DNA of 64,000 nucleotides from Trichoplax adhaerens (lineage: Eukaryota > Animalia > Placozoa): positions 1,114,562-1,178,561 of the forward strand of contig NW_002060960.1 of the NCBI RefSeq assembly GCF_000150275.1, written 5' to 3'. The position numbers were made by a program, and so were the translations under genes. Below are positions 1 through 14,120 of this stretch, in pieces. Position 1 is the stretch's first letter; the number at the start of each line of letters is the position of its first letter. The notes under the pieces were generated by a model. The model was not told where the DNA came from and did not search any database. It was given only the letters and a program-made list of their open reading frames with translations.

Positions 1-3000
1 TAAGTAAATGCGCACATTTTAATTCACCATGTTGATAGACCATATAAAAGTGTTACAGTCTCAATTTAAATTCTGTCTACATATAACTTACTACTAATTT
101 AAAGAATAACAAGTACCATTATTTACTGAGTCATGAGTATTAAGAACATTAGCAATCGTGCACTAACGGCATATTTGCTAATACAAATGATCATTTAGCG
201 CAAAAGTATGCAATTACTTTGCCCATTATTTCTTTATCATTTACGAAATTGTTACCATTTAAGCGGATTTAATTTATTTTCATTTCTTATTTTTAGACTT
301 GTAATTGTAATTTGTGAACTATTATGCTTGTATCTATGAATGGATGACAATTAACTCACGAATCCTTAACGCTGCATTCGAATAATAAGTAAATCAATTT
401 TGTTACGTGATTTACTTATATTATTATTTGCTCTTGTTTTCAATTTTCGCATAATGTAATCATATCTGCCATAGTGTTAGTCATTCTCATTATGTGGACG
501 ATACTTGATTAATCTCTACAGTTGGATAATATACCATTTACGCTAATGATTTTTATTTTAACTTATCAACAATTATTTAAATATAAACATCTTTCTTCAA
601 ATTTTTCGCTAAAGTTAAACATTACACTTAGGTAGATAGGATTATACGAACTGCTATATTCTGTTAATTAAGGAACCATTATGATATTATAATGATCAAC
701 TATAAGTCATTTCTCTCAACGATTACTTAGTTGTATCTTTCATTTGCAAGTGTTATTGCTCATTTTTAGATTTTACAGTATTTCCCTATAGTGTACGGGT
801 TATTTGCCCTAGGTAAGATGCCATCACTGTATTGCCTACACAAAACTAATGTAATTAGCTGAAATCACTACATTCCGATATTTAATACCATATTCTAATC
901 TTTCAAGATATATAATTTTTCACAGCCTAATATTTCAGCAAGATTCTAGATTCACAGTTATACCATCAAGCTTTTAAAGTACTAATCAGATGTAGCCTAA
1001 TTCTAATTCCAGCAATTTCAAAGTAGCCATTTTTGTTTGTATAATAATTACCCAATTTTGCTATCGTTTTAATTTCCTGAGGAAGCTTAAGCTTACACTT
1101 TTAGCTATGGCAAATGTGATCGAGGACTAACATATCTAACTGACATCTCGAAATAATGCATATATTTGTAATTTAATATTACTAGCGTTACTATTTAAGA
1201 TGACAAAGAGAAACTATATCATAGAGATTTATGGTCAGTTTTTTGAGGCAAATTAGATATGGAATAATTTGAACCAACGCAGAACCTCACCCTGAGAGTC
1301 TATTCCTGAACTTTTTAAGTAGTAGTGACAATTCCAATACTGCTATTAGTTTGTAATGGTTTGTATAGATTAAAGTATATTAGCGGGCTGTGGCTGATGA
1401 TGAAACGGTGAAGTAACGTAGTAGCTATTACATTGTTATTCGAGTGATTCTCACCATAAAATTTTATAATACTAGATAGTAGTGCTCGTATAATTCAGAT
1501 TGAAAATATCGTTATAAAATTTGCTATAGAGATATTGAATTAAAATAACACTAATCAAATTGACCTATGATTACAGCGTCAGTTAGATCACCCTATCGAT
1601 AATAGCATAAATCACTTAAAGGGTACGTAATCTATCAGATTGCAACACTTAGACTGCTTTTAATAAATTTCTTTTTTGAGTTTGAATTGGGTATAAAGAA
1701 CTTTAATTAATTCCGAATACGTGATTAAATGAACTGCTATTGTTAGAAATTTTTAATTGTGATGCAAATTCTAAGATACCTATCTAATAGCTCAAAAGCA
1801 TTTAGGTAACATGTTCTAATCCTATTATCTAGCTTAAAGGTTAAGCTAAAACGATGCCAGTAGCTATTTCGTAGGGTTAGATAATAAATATCTTGCGCTT
1901 TGATCATTACACTCTTGCTTAAAAAACTAGATACTACGACGTACTATCTATATTGGTGCATACCTTACGCTAGATCACTACAGTAATCTACTTGGCTACT
2001 AAGGCAATGGTTGCTAGTTCTTTCAATACTCTACAGTACTTTTTCATGTGTGTCACAAAACAGCTTTGCAACAAGATAACGCAATATACGATCAATAAGT
2101 CAATTCCTTGAACCACGTATCAAGGAACGATATCTGCACTATCAGAAACACTTTTGCTCTACTAGCAGACTACACAAAGACTTAAACGCCTCGTATTTTA
2201 CGTTAAACACTAAGTTGGAGAAATTCTTCTTTATTTCACGATATACTACATTTATATACTATTCCTCAATAGTTCATGAGTCATAGTTAATACAATTAAC
2301 ATTAGAATCATTTACTGAATTAGATATTAATTTTAGCTACTGCTCCCTTAATGCAGACAACAGTATTTACGAACATAGACATGTAATGACTAATACAGAA
2401 TAGTCAGATTACGATATGTCCTATCGCGGAACATTTCCATGATAATTTACAGTCTACCATAAGTAAATTACAATCACAATGATTCGAACTGTAAGCAGAT
2501 GATTTGCATTCCCTATTATAACTATTAATTTCAGTATGTGTATAAGTGTCACTGTCATAAAAAGTCAGTGCTGTATTAAAACACAGTATATCCAAATTAG
2601 AAGTTAACTAAATAAGGATAGTCTAACAGAATTATCCTAACATAGTTATTTCTACTGTAATACAGTATTTAACACTGTAACAATGTGATATCTAGTAAGC
2701 TATATCAGTAAGACACTAAAATTTGATTGCAACGATTGATATATTCTAGCTAACCAATACTCTAAGGTACATCTTCTTAAGACTACTTTTGCGTTCATGC
2801 ATCAGCGTGATCAGTCATTCGCAAGCTTGAAATTCTGAGTATCATTTTAATCAAATAAACATTTGATGCAACTTTTTATACGAATCTTTACTTCATCATT
2901 TTAGTATTTGACTATATGGTTTGCTAGATCTGAAATCCAAACTTCAAAATTGAAATATTATCAGTTTCTTAATCAAAATAATGAAATAGGGTACTAGAGA

Positions 3001-5791
3001 TTTCAATAAAAATCTAAAAGTTTTCAATGATACAGTACTTTACGCAAAAATATTTTTAAATATTTAAGAAGTGGGTACAGTGTTTGCAAGTTTATTGCCA
3101 TTGCAAATTGGCCAATAGAGTATCCCGCAATTGTTTTAACTTTCCCGACTATTATAAATAGCAACTGCTTTAATAAATTTGATGATATTGAGCATTATAA
3201 TTAGATAGTTAATATTACTGGATAAAAAGTATCCATGTTATTGTTTAAAGTATGGTATATTAGTCTAGGACGTAAAAATTTTATTTTTCAACTTTCAACT
3301 TCAATAGCTGCATATAACTACTATAGTTCCAGTTTATTAAAATTAGGCTATTAAATTTAATAGTTTAAGGTGCAATCAGAGACGATAACAACTAAAAATT
3401 AAATTTGCAAAATGGATAAAGAAGGGAAATGAACCTACATTCTTTTAATTCCTTTAGAAATTGCAGATATTTATGATTCTGTTAACGTGAAGCAACGGGT
3501 TTTACCGTCTTTACATCGACAAGAATTAGGGCTTGAGCTTACAGCAATTTGCTAATTTGCAATACATTAACCGCAAAAAGAAGAAGCCAACAGGCTGATA
3601 AAAAAGTTATCTTTAGTATTTTTAACGCTAAACCGATCTTTCGCAAAATAATTGCTTGAAAGGGATAGGAAGGTTAGTGAAATTAAGTATAATATATGAT
3701 ATATTTATAGTTTTGTGTTCTGAATTATTTTTTAGCGTATCGGAGAAACACATATTTAATGAATAAATTAATAGTAAGAACGTAATTAAAATGGGAAATA
3801 CTTCTGATTGGTTGGCAGATTATACAATTTTATTTTTATGTCACATGTCACACAGGGCACGATTTTAGGCACTCTGATGAGTAGAACTTCCTTTATAATT
3901 ACGTAAACATAATTAACTGCTAATATTATTTTTCTAGTCAATATACAGTGGTATTTTGGTGAAATTATAGTACACTATGAAGAGTTAATGAAAGTAAAAT
4001 ACTGCCTCCGTATATCAACTTTTGGCCGTTTCTGTTTCATAGGAGATGATAATATCATGGGTCTGTACTTAATATCTGAATGACTCACACTTATTACTGT
4101 CTGTGCTATTAGTCAGAGTGTGCATTTAATATTAATATTCAATTACTGTACTCAGCTTAAAGAGAGAAGTATACTGTGCATTCATATAGCGAATCTTTCG
4201 AGGCTTAGTACTGTAGAATAGCAATTTTCTATTGCCGTAACAATTGCCATGAAGCTACCAGTCTATTACAATATACTTATGCTGAAGTTAGTACCTTATT
4301 GAAAGTGATTCAAACTTTTTGATATGATATTTTCATAAAGTTACAGCACATATTTTCAATCATCGCACTGTACTGTATTTATACGGCATTGCTATGCTTT
4401 AAGTATAAATCAGTCAAATTAATAGATTGAAGATTTTACTGCTATAACGAAGCTTATACTAATATACCGAACTACTGCAGAGTTTAGTGAATGTATTTGT
4501 AACATTACTTTATGAGAATAAAAGAACAAACATTGAAATAAGTTTGTTTGATGGGAATACAGTACTTTATATCTAAAGAAATGGCCCTTTTACAGCATTT
4601 TTGTAAGGTTTACTATCAGGCACTAGATGTAGCCGATCCGTTTTTGGTACAAGTTTTACTTTGCTCTGTAGCAAATGTTTTCGTCAGGTTAATATTTTGT
4701 AACGGACATTACCCGAAACGTAATTCTATTGATGTATGTTATCATGGCAATTCCATACGAAGAATGTGTTGTAAAGAGAGAATTATTTGTGGACGCTAAA
4801 TTAATTTTTAAATATTTATAAAAGGGAAGTGCTGTATTGCTGTAGTATATATCATAAATGTAATGATTTTAGCTAATTAAAGTGGTTATGCGTTAGGGTT
4901 ACGAAAATACAAAGACAGTATAGATTTTATTCTTCTGCATAGTGAATTTCTGTTTCTAAGTACGCAATATTGCGCTTTATGTGAAATATTTTCTATTCCT
5001 TTATTTATGCTAGTAATTAAAGCATTTTAATAGTAGGTTATTTAAAATTAATTGTAATTCACTACCTGAACTCATCGCCTGCTGCGTATCTATTTACTCA
5101 TATATTCTCCAGTGCCTTATAAAACTGCAATTTTGAGCCGTTCGTTCCTCGGATATTAAGATTTATTAACTAGAAATATAGATACTTTGCGATACAGTTA
5201 CGTATATAAGATTTAAATAAAGAACTAGTTTACTGCATTTATCTATTGCTTTGGTATCAACTATATCCTTGTTTTCAATGTTAGTAGCAGAGTTGCAATC
5301 GTGACTACCTTACATTGAGTAATAATATCACAATCTTTAAATATGGATCGTAAGGTCACTTTATTTAACCACAAAAATTGGTAGCAGTGCATAATTAACA
5401 ATGTTTCAAAAGCATTTTTTAATATTAAACGTTACGTTCTTTAACTTGAAAGTAGCTTTAAAACCTCTTCATTACTTTATTTTTATTATATATATAATAA
5501 AAATAAGAGTATTAATTGTCACATCTTTTAACTGTTGATAGCGATAAATATAAGAGTAGAGTATTCTTGAGTTAGAATTGCTACTTTTGAAAGGGTGCAT
5601 CACGTCTAGAAAGAATCTTTTATAGGCTTATAGTCAGTGGATTTATGGCAAATCCTTTCCATCCTTTAATTGCTCAAAGTAATGCTTCGTAATAAAATGC
5701 AATAAAGTATACTTAAAGAATTGCATTATACTGTAGTTCTGTTAATATTAAGTTATTCATTTAGAACTAGTGAAGCCATTGATTAAGTAAT

Positions 5792-6342
5792 TGTAATGTA
5801 ACTAGTATTGTGATTGTAGACTGTTAGCCATGTGTAGTATAATGTACGGTAGACATTTATCCTAAGAGATATTTGGTAGCTATAACTATAGATTGTAGTG
5901 GTAGAGACTCTATGCTAGAGTACAGATGATTATATACAGTAAGGTGTTGAGTTACTAATAAGGCTATAGGTAAAAATAGAACTGTAAATCATATATTAGG
6001 ATATGGTTAAGTCATTGTACTTTGGCTGGTGTGAATAATGTCTACATAAGTACTGTAGTCGTATCCGTATTGGATTAATGATGGTCCGCAGTAGAATAGT
6101 CTTACTAAGAATAATTTAACTATGTGTAAAATAAAGTAAAAGGTTGCCATGCGGATTGTAGCTGCGAATGCTACAGAAAGTATAAAAGCATGCAACTTTA
6201 GATTATTCTGTTAGTTCGTTCTAGAAATCTTTAGTAGTAGTATTCGGCTAGAGTATAGCAGTGTGTAGTTAGTCTTTGTATAAGATTCAATAAAGCCCTT
6301 ATTTTTCTAAAATTTGAAATTTCGTGATTGGTATATATCGCA
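5792..6342 (+). mobile_element. Solo LTR of the Gypsy element at 53393-54982
   Basis: Starts TGTAATGTAAC and ends TATATCGCA, flanked by a 5-bp direct repeat GTAAT (5787-5791 and 6343-6347). Near-identical inverted copy at 53393-53945 next to an RT/RNase H ORF. Confidence 0.9.
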
Positions 6343-6437
6343 GTAATGTAAAGAAGAAAGAATTTTGTCTTTTTAATTCTTGTCTTCACTGTAACTAGTT
6401 TGGTTCATGTCAGATCTAAATTGTACTGTAAGTCCAC

Positions 6438-9400
6438 TTAACTGTAGAAATTGGAAATGCAGGTCACAATTGTTATAAGTACAAGTGACGCCTTTGGCAT
6501 CTTTTGCGCTCCATTGGAAATCACTAAGCAAAGGTTATAGTAGTTAAAATGCGGCTTACATAGGCTTGCTTACAGAATACTTCAATAAAATTACTGTAGA
6601 CAAAAATTAGAAGTTACCTTCAACGTTGTTGACCCTAAGATCGTCAATAGCATATACAAAAGATGTTGGGATGGATTTCTTTGCCATACTCCTTAGCGTA
6701 ATTTCAAACTAGGATTCAAATACGTCGATATAAAGTTAGTAAGTGATTGATTTTACCGAAAAAATTACTTCCTGATCTGGATCCTTTATAAACGGTATTT
6801 TGCTATCATGATGTTGTAGTAGAAATTACTATCCTTAGATAGTAATATAAATAAATTACTATGCATACAATACTATTTTTAGCTGCTGCTACATTTACTT
6901 AGAATGCTCAAGTTTAGGAATACAAAAAAATATAGTAGCAGCTGCTAGCTAATAGCCTGATTACAATAAAAATATTAGTATATAGCGTTATTGAAGTGAT
7001 AAGCAAGCGATTACTTCGCCCATAAATCAATTACAGCCATCCTATCGTTCAGTCAGTTTTTTACCTTACCTGAAAATCTTCATGTAAATTATCTTCTACT
7101 TCTATCCACATTGTTTGGAATTGTCTAGTAGGTTCATCAATCGATCTGGATTCGATGATATGATCTCGGGTAGAATCTCGACGCAACTTATAACTTACTG
7201 AAATTTGACCATGCGGGATTCCATCAACATAATAATCGAATAAAATCTATTAACAGTAAAATCAAATTAGTAAGGTAAATTCTAACCTTATTTCCTAATA
7301 TTGATTCATGTTTAAAATAATCGCTACGAACAAAATAAAAGCATAACTTACTTGAATTTTATTTCCGCTATTCTGCCTAAAGATTGGACTAATCAATTTA
7401 CTATTACGTTCAGTATCGTCAAAAGGATTTCTCTGCACGTAAATAAAATACTTATCCAGTCGATCTAGACAAGATAGGCGTAAAAAAAGAAAATTTTGGA
7501 GCTCCAGAAATGCCCTCTCGCTTTGCATGTTTAACGCATACAGTAAATTTGCTTACTTATTTGAAGCGGATTATTCCAACTTTCACCTCTATGCCATACC
7601 CACTTTAAATCTCCTGCCACCTTCCAACCACAATAGCTACGTATAAACGAGCATTGATCCGCTGTATAAACCATATCATGAGAGTAACATATTAATAATG
7701 ATTCTATCGTGCTTGTAGCATATGCTTAATGTAAGCATTTGAAATATTTCTTAACTATAGACATCTTTATAGTCTTATCGCTTTCCAGGTAAATATAGGT
7801 TTTCGTAGTTAGTTATTTGTAGCGTTTACAGTCTTTGCTATTTCTACAATCATTTGCTATTGCATAAGTATATTTTATGTTGTAGACTGCATCTTACTTA
7901 AGAATCTTAATCGCTATTCTCTATGTGTTTGTTACTAATAGTTTATTACCGTAAATAATATTTTGCGTTACTAAGTTATTAGAAAACTAGATAATGGTAG
8001 AGCTAAGAAGATTAGCATAGAAAGTGCGAGCTAAAATTAAGATGGAGAATTTAACACTTATACTCGTTTCCTAAGAGACCGTAGTATTAAGGCTATTCAA
8101 TTGGATGATTTCAGTTAGCATAATATTTTAATTAGCACTCCCTATTGCTTATGCTATACATTAGATGAATTACTCTGAGGATCAATATCTTATTTATTAA
8201 TTTGTTAATTAAGTTTTCCTTGCAGGAAAACCAGTAAATAGTATATAAAGGTATATAAGCTCGCTACTGATTAGTTAAAATAGAGTTGTAATTGGATTTA
8301 CCCGGCGTAGCACGTTACTGGTAATAAATTTAACTTTCAAATATCGTTTCAAGTCACTGACTTTAGCTGTGGCTAAGGTTTCGAAGCATGTAGGGTTTAG
8401 TTCGACGCTTAGTAGCTGTAGTACCGCGTAAATTTTAAGTTTCCTTCAGTATTAACTAGCTAAGTAATACTCTAGTTATAAGTCCTAATTATAATTCTAG
8501 CAAATTGATCCAAATATAAGTGAAGTGATGTGAGAGAGATCTTCCAGTTGCTTAAAAGACAATAAAACGAAGTTGTTGCTTGGTTCTATTTCTTTGTTTT
8601 AAACGGAGTTGTGGCAGTGCTTTATCTCTAAAACTATCAAAACTAACAATTTCTGCCTTAGATTCAATTAGTAGCAATATTCACAATATATTTATTATGT
8701 TAACGATTTTTAAGTTGCTTTGTGATAGCTTACATGCTGCTCTACGTTAACTGCCTTACATGCTCAGCGATCAATAAGTATTCGAATATAGTAATATTGT
8801 AAGATGCCCGAATTGTGTAGCAATAACTAAGTTATTGCCAAATGCCTCGTTCATTTTGAATTATTAAGGAACGTTGCAGGGCAATATCTTCTAAATCTAC
8901 TTCCTTTGAATTATTAAATATCCAATAACAACATGCTACTTATATTCAAATCGTAATAAAATTATGATATTATTTCTCAACGATAACACTTATGGATATT
9001 GTATTTCATTTATCATATTAATTATTATAAAGTTAAAGGATGGCTTGCACTCTAGACCGCTTTAGTTTAAACTAAAATAACTTACATGGACTTGCGTGAG
9101 GTATCATACAAGTCGCAGTTGCAGGTAAGGATGAACGGCAGAATGCCGAAGACCGCTCAGTATTGATAACACATTGATCAATCGATGATTCATAGCCACG
9201 GCAGTCAATGGATGTAATTAATGGTTTTGGATAATCTTTCTTTGGTGTATGGGCTAGTTAATAAATTAGGAAAATTTTCTAATAACATCGTGAAGCGTTG
9301 TATCATGAAAATACTATTCCTGTAAATTTAATATATTCAGCTGCGATACATTATGACTCAAACAGAATTTCTAACTATGAACATACTATCATGACGTAAT

Positions 9401-12400
9401 GCAGCAGGATAACCCATCTGACGACAAACAACATCGGCTGACTTATGGTTCCAACCAGAAGTACATATAGTTCCAACTTGACCATCATGTTTTCGAACAA
9501 GAACAGCTCCAACATTATCTTTCTTTTCATGCATAAGGCTTAAATTGTACAATCCGCTTGCTATATTGAAATTCGATCAAATTGTATGGCTTTAGTTTGT
9601 ACCGTACCGATTAATGAATTACTAATAGCCTCAATACCATAACTTAATCCATACTCTAACTACTTAATTCTTCCAATGTTGTAATTCTATAAAAAACAGT
9701 GATTAATTGCAGTAACGTAATAGTTCTATTAACGAACTAATGAAGTGAATACAAGGTACATTTAATGCACAGAAATTATTTATAGTCCTAATAAGAAAAA
9801 TTTAATTTCGTTAAAATGGATTATCACTAAATATTGATTTCAAATGATAATTTGACTATCATCTTACTCAATGAATTATACGTGGAAGGGAGAAAACAAG
9901 TTAGCCAAACTTCATATCCAAAAGTGCGTAAATCTACAGGTGCTGTAATTGTGCATTCTGAAAATGATTTCTTTGATAACGGGCAGTCAATATTTTCAGC
10001 ATCAATACAGTAAGTATTATTCAGCAAGGCAGGACGAGCTAAGATCAATAGACAACGTATTCTTTAATAATTATATATAATTAATCATACTCAGCTTTTA
10101 TTAAACTTAAATCTCAAAAATTTAAAGTCACCACTACTTACACCACACAACACCTACTCCACCAAATCCAGTTTGCTGGCACATTAAATTAATGGTTTTA
10201 TGACTCAAAGAATCGTATGGATTACAAATCGAACGCCATTTTCCATTGATATACGTACTAATACGTCCAGTATAGTCATGCAGGCCATGTAAATTCTGAA
10301 TTTTTAAAGGATTTAATGCTATGTAAATTGAATTTTGTGTGAGTAAATTAGTATTTCAATGTTATCATTCAATTGAGTGATTATTACTATTGGTATACTA
10401 CTTTAGATTTAAGCAATGTATGAACTGCTAAAGATTAGCAATACGATCAAGTCTACGTTAGATAGAATAATTTTAGCTTTACTTCCAAAAGGGTATTCCG
10501 AAGTTTGTGTATTTGGAAACTGGCATTTGGATATATCACAAACTTGCCGTCTATTAGGAGAATCTTTAGTAAAGCACCAGGGCCTTGCTAAGCTTGAGTC
10601 TGGATTTCTGCAAAAATTATTCGTTAAATCTGCCTCAGGAAATTTGTCCTTCGTGTAGGAAGTTGATTTCCATGTAGTACAGGCATGCCCATATTTTGTT
10701 TTAGCAACTCCACCTCGATAGTAATGGCCATTTCCGGAGAAACAGTATCTTTCTAATGATAAGTATTTAATAAAGGTAGGCATAATATAGCTTCTTTAAG
10801 TTGAAAGCTTCTTTGAAATAGCATATAAAATAGTATTAAAAGCTTGCGATGGCTTATCTACCGCAGTGTATGATTATTGAGCCTGGCTATTTCGAATATT
10901 TTTTACGCCATAAAATAAAATTTGATTTATCATTAAAACCCATCAACTACTCACCCATTGGTGAGATTTCAATCCGAATTAATCTTAATTCTCCAAAATG
11001 CTCACTTTCACGAGGTTCATGAATGCCAAATAAACCACGCACAACAATCTGAGTTTATGAAATTCAGTAATTAAGAGATATAATATTTGCGTAAATATAT
11101 CCTTGGCATAGGGATTAAAAACATTTATGCTTCCATATTCCTTAATGTTATTATGGATGCAGTTAGTCAATCGATTTCAGTACTGTAAAATTATAATCAT
11201 CAAGTGATAATATAGAAATGTGCCTTATTCCATGGCCTACGTTAATAGAGAAAATAGTTCATACGCTAAGTTTTGTTAGCAATTTACTTCAGTTAAAAAG
11301 CAAAGGAAAACATGTTGAATATATTGGTATTACTTCCTGAAATAATCAACTTAAAAAACTGACTGAATGGAGTAGTAAAGGCTCATATAAGCAAATATAT
11401 CCATTACTACAGAATACTTACAGAATAAGATGGGTACTTTGGTGAGAAATACAATGTATCTTTGAGCACATTCCTGGTCGAACCTTTTGAAAGATGAAAG
11501 TTGCTAATATCATCCATATGAGAACTGGATGTTGGATATACGGCATGAAATGATATCTGTGCAAACGTGGCATTTTCAAACGCTGCGTAGACACTAATCT
11601 ATAAGATTTAGGATATTGATGAGGTTAGTAATCTATTACAAGTGAGAACTGCTACACTTCTATAGCATGGCTCATTATTATACGTGAAGCAACATTAGCA
11701 GAATGATTGCTGATGTAAAAGAAGGCAATACTTTGCATTACAGGCACAATATAATCAGAAGTACCTTGATCTGCCTTGTTCTTGTTGGAAGTATTAATGG
11801 AGGGCTAACCATATCCGCGAAAGCTCCTATAGGATACTGAAAATCTGGCTTTAATACCATGCCAACATTTAAACCTAACACAACGATCCCAATAATAATT
11901 TATTTTACTAAGAATTGAAAGCAGATAATTGAAAATTTTGCACAATAGTTTTTGATTATAAAATAAAAAATGTAACATCGATAGCTGGTAATAGAAATGC
12001 TGAAAATTTTTTGAATTTTTAGATCTAAATATACTCTTTATACACTACTAGTTTACATTTAAAACGCCAAAAATAATGCATATGAGAAATAGCTAGCATT
12101 AAAAATTGTAAATTCAAATTATTAATAATACTAACGATGCTTCCAATCCAGGAAATCAATCGCTTCTAATTGATTCCAACGGCATGGACTTTTTCGAAAT
12201 AAACAGCTATGTGAGAATAATGGTTCATCTGGACAGGCGATTTTATAAAAAAAGTATTCAGTACCGAAACATAAGAATTAAAAGTAAGAATACTATACAT
12301 TTTCTATCATTATCTAATGGAGCATGTAATGTTAAATTAAAAGCTTAGAGATTATTGATATTGATATATATAAATTTAGTTTTTTATCGATTTTAAAAAT

Positions 12401-14120
12401 TAATCTTTCTTTCTTACGAATCAATTCATTCAGCTTAGACTTAGACTTTTATGCTGTACTAACCTTGAAGATTATAGACCGAATGTTCTTGGAAATGGTG
12501 CGATTTGATACGTTGATCGCGATTATTTTTGAATGATGGCTTCTTATGTCCTTAATAAGATCATAATGTAACTATTAACTTTATTAGATTCGTAATGAAG
12601 TAGAACCCAATCGAGATCATGCAGTTACAGGGTTGAAAATTTTTATGCTATAAATTGATTCTTCGTGAATTAGTAAAGAATAATCGCTAAGAACTCTCGA
12701 TCAGTCTGGAATAACAATTTTCAGAATAACATGCTATATTATCCTATCGCAGTATATTTTCTATCAGCAATGTGCATAGCTTAAAACTAAGTTCTAGATG
12801 TATAATTCCTCAAAAGATCCCAATTAAATAAATTATAATAGAATAAAATTAAGATATATTGATTTTAATATCGTAAGTATGAAAATTATAGTGACAAAAA
12901 TAATTAAACACATTTTGGCCATGATCAAGAAACTATTTTGGTTAATCACATCTAGTAACCTCGCTTTCGAATTAGTGGATCTTTGCTGCTATGTTCGAGA
13001 TTCGGTTTTCGCAAGTCTCTATTGCCATTTGAGGTCCAACATTTACCAATAACCTCCACGGAGTATTCATTTGCAGAATGAAGCAATTTTTGAAGCCTTG
13101 GATCTTCACACTGTAGTTTATCAGCTATCGCACTATCATGCAAGGGTACATAAAATACTAGTCATTCAAAGAATGTCTTATGGTAAACCATTCAAGATTT
13201 TACTTCTTGATGTACTCTAATTTTCATGTTCAAATATTACTTGATTCTATTACGAATTTTATCAAGTGTTTTATAAGAATTGACTCTTTTTATAGCTATT
13301 TTACATTGCAACTCGTAAATAAGCGATTACATCTCTAAATAATCTACAATTACATCTTAGCATTAATAAGGGTTTGTAAACAATTATGATTCAAAGTATT
13401 TCTAATCAGCATGTACAAGTCATGTAAGCTAGTCTGGTGAAGTGTAATTTTAATCTTACCATTAAATACAGCTCAATCTCAGCCTATTGAAATTATTAAA
13501 GTATAGAAGATTGTGTCTTAAGCCAGATTGATATCGCGACTCACAAATAGGCAATTAAACCTCTAACTTATCTATAATTGTATTTTAACGAGCTGTATAC
13601 AAGTGTTATTGAAAGCATTTCTAAGCATGTATTAGTCGAATAAATTAATCTGGGAAACTGTAACATTGATTTACCATTAATAGTGGCTTAATTTCAAGCT
13701 ATTTAGAATCTTCTAACATCAAAACTAAGCACTAAATCATCGTTTACATCCATATAGAGAATAATTAATTCTTTCACCGTTTGAATGCTGTCAAGATAGC
13801 GATATGAAAATCCTATTACTAACGATATTTTCAACATATCTAGAAACAATTTCGACTATTTCAGTTTTTATATCGGCAAATAACAGTAGCTTTAGATTGG
13901 GCTCATGAACTTACATGCGTTTATATCCATGGCTTACATAGGATGCTAATTCATCAGTAATAGTCGGGCAAAGAATTTTAGATTCATGACAACTGCATGA
14001 GGGTGGGCAGCTTTCTCTTGCAGTGTGAGTTCTCGATAAAATTCGGAATAGAAATTGTAGTATCGTAAATAGAACAAGTAGTACAACAACTTTGTATTTC
14101 CAATATTTATACAATTCCAT
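6438..14120 (-). pseudogene. Multi-exon signal peptide-LRRNT-LRR-kringle-SRCR-SRCR-MAM gene with GPI-like tail; 5' LRR exons disrupted (pseudogene or truncated gene)
   Basis: Exon 13911-14120 has a hydrophobic leader plus CPPSCSC. Kringle NFCRNPD...PWCF at ~10490-10750. SRCR exons at ~10140-10310, 9870-10045, 9385-9560 (GTICTSGWNHKSADVVCRQMGY) and 9085-9255 (IDCRGYESSIDQC). MAM exons: CSFIRSYCGW..WVW (~7560-7660), KLISP (~7385), AIDD (~6645). Final exon ISNGAQKMPKASLVLITIVTCISNFYS-stop. Exons at ~13690-13840 and ~10960-11235 have stops or frameshifts in my reading. Confidence 0.7.

Noticed and set aside
1-5790. Short ORFs at 2404-2595 and 4548-4799
   Set aside because: No recognisable motifs or exon chain. 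Consistent with chance ORFs in AT-rich DNA.
6007-6195. Duplicated 62-aa ORF (also 53540-53728)
   Set aside because: Lies inside the LTR, so the duplication reflects LTR copies, and the start is non-ATG.
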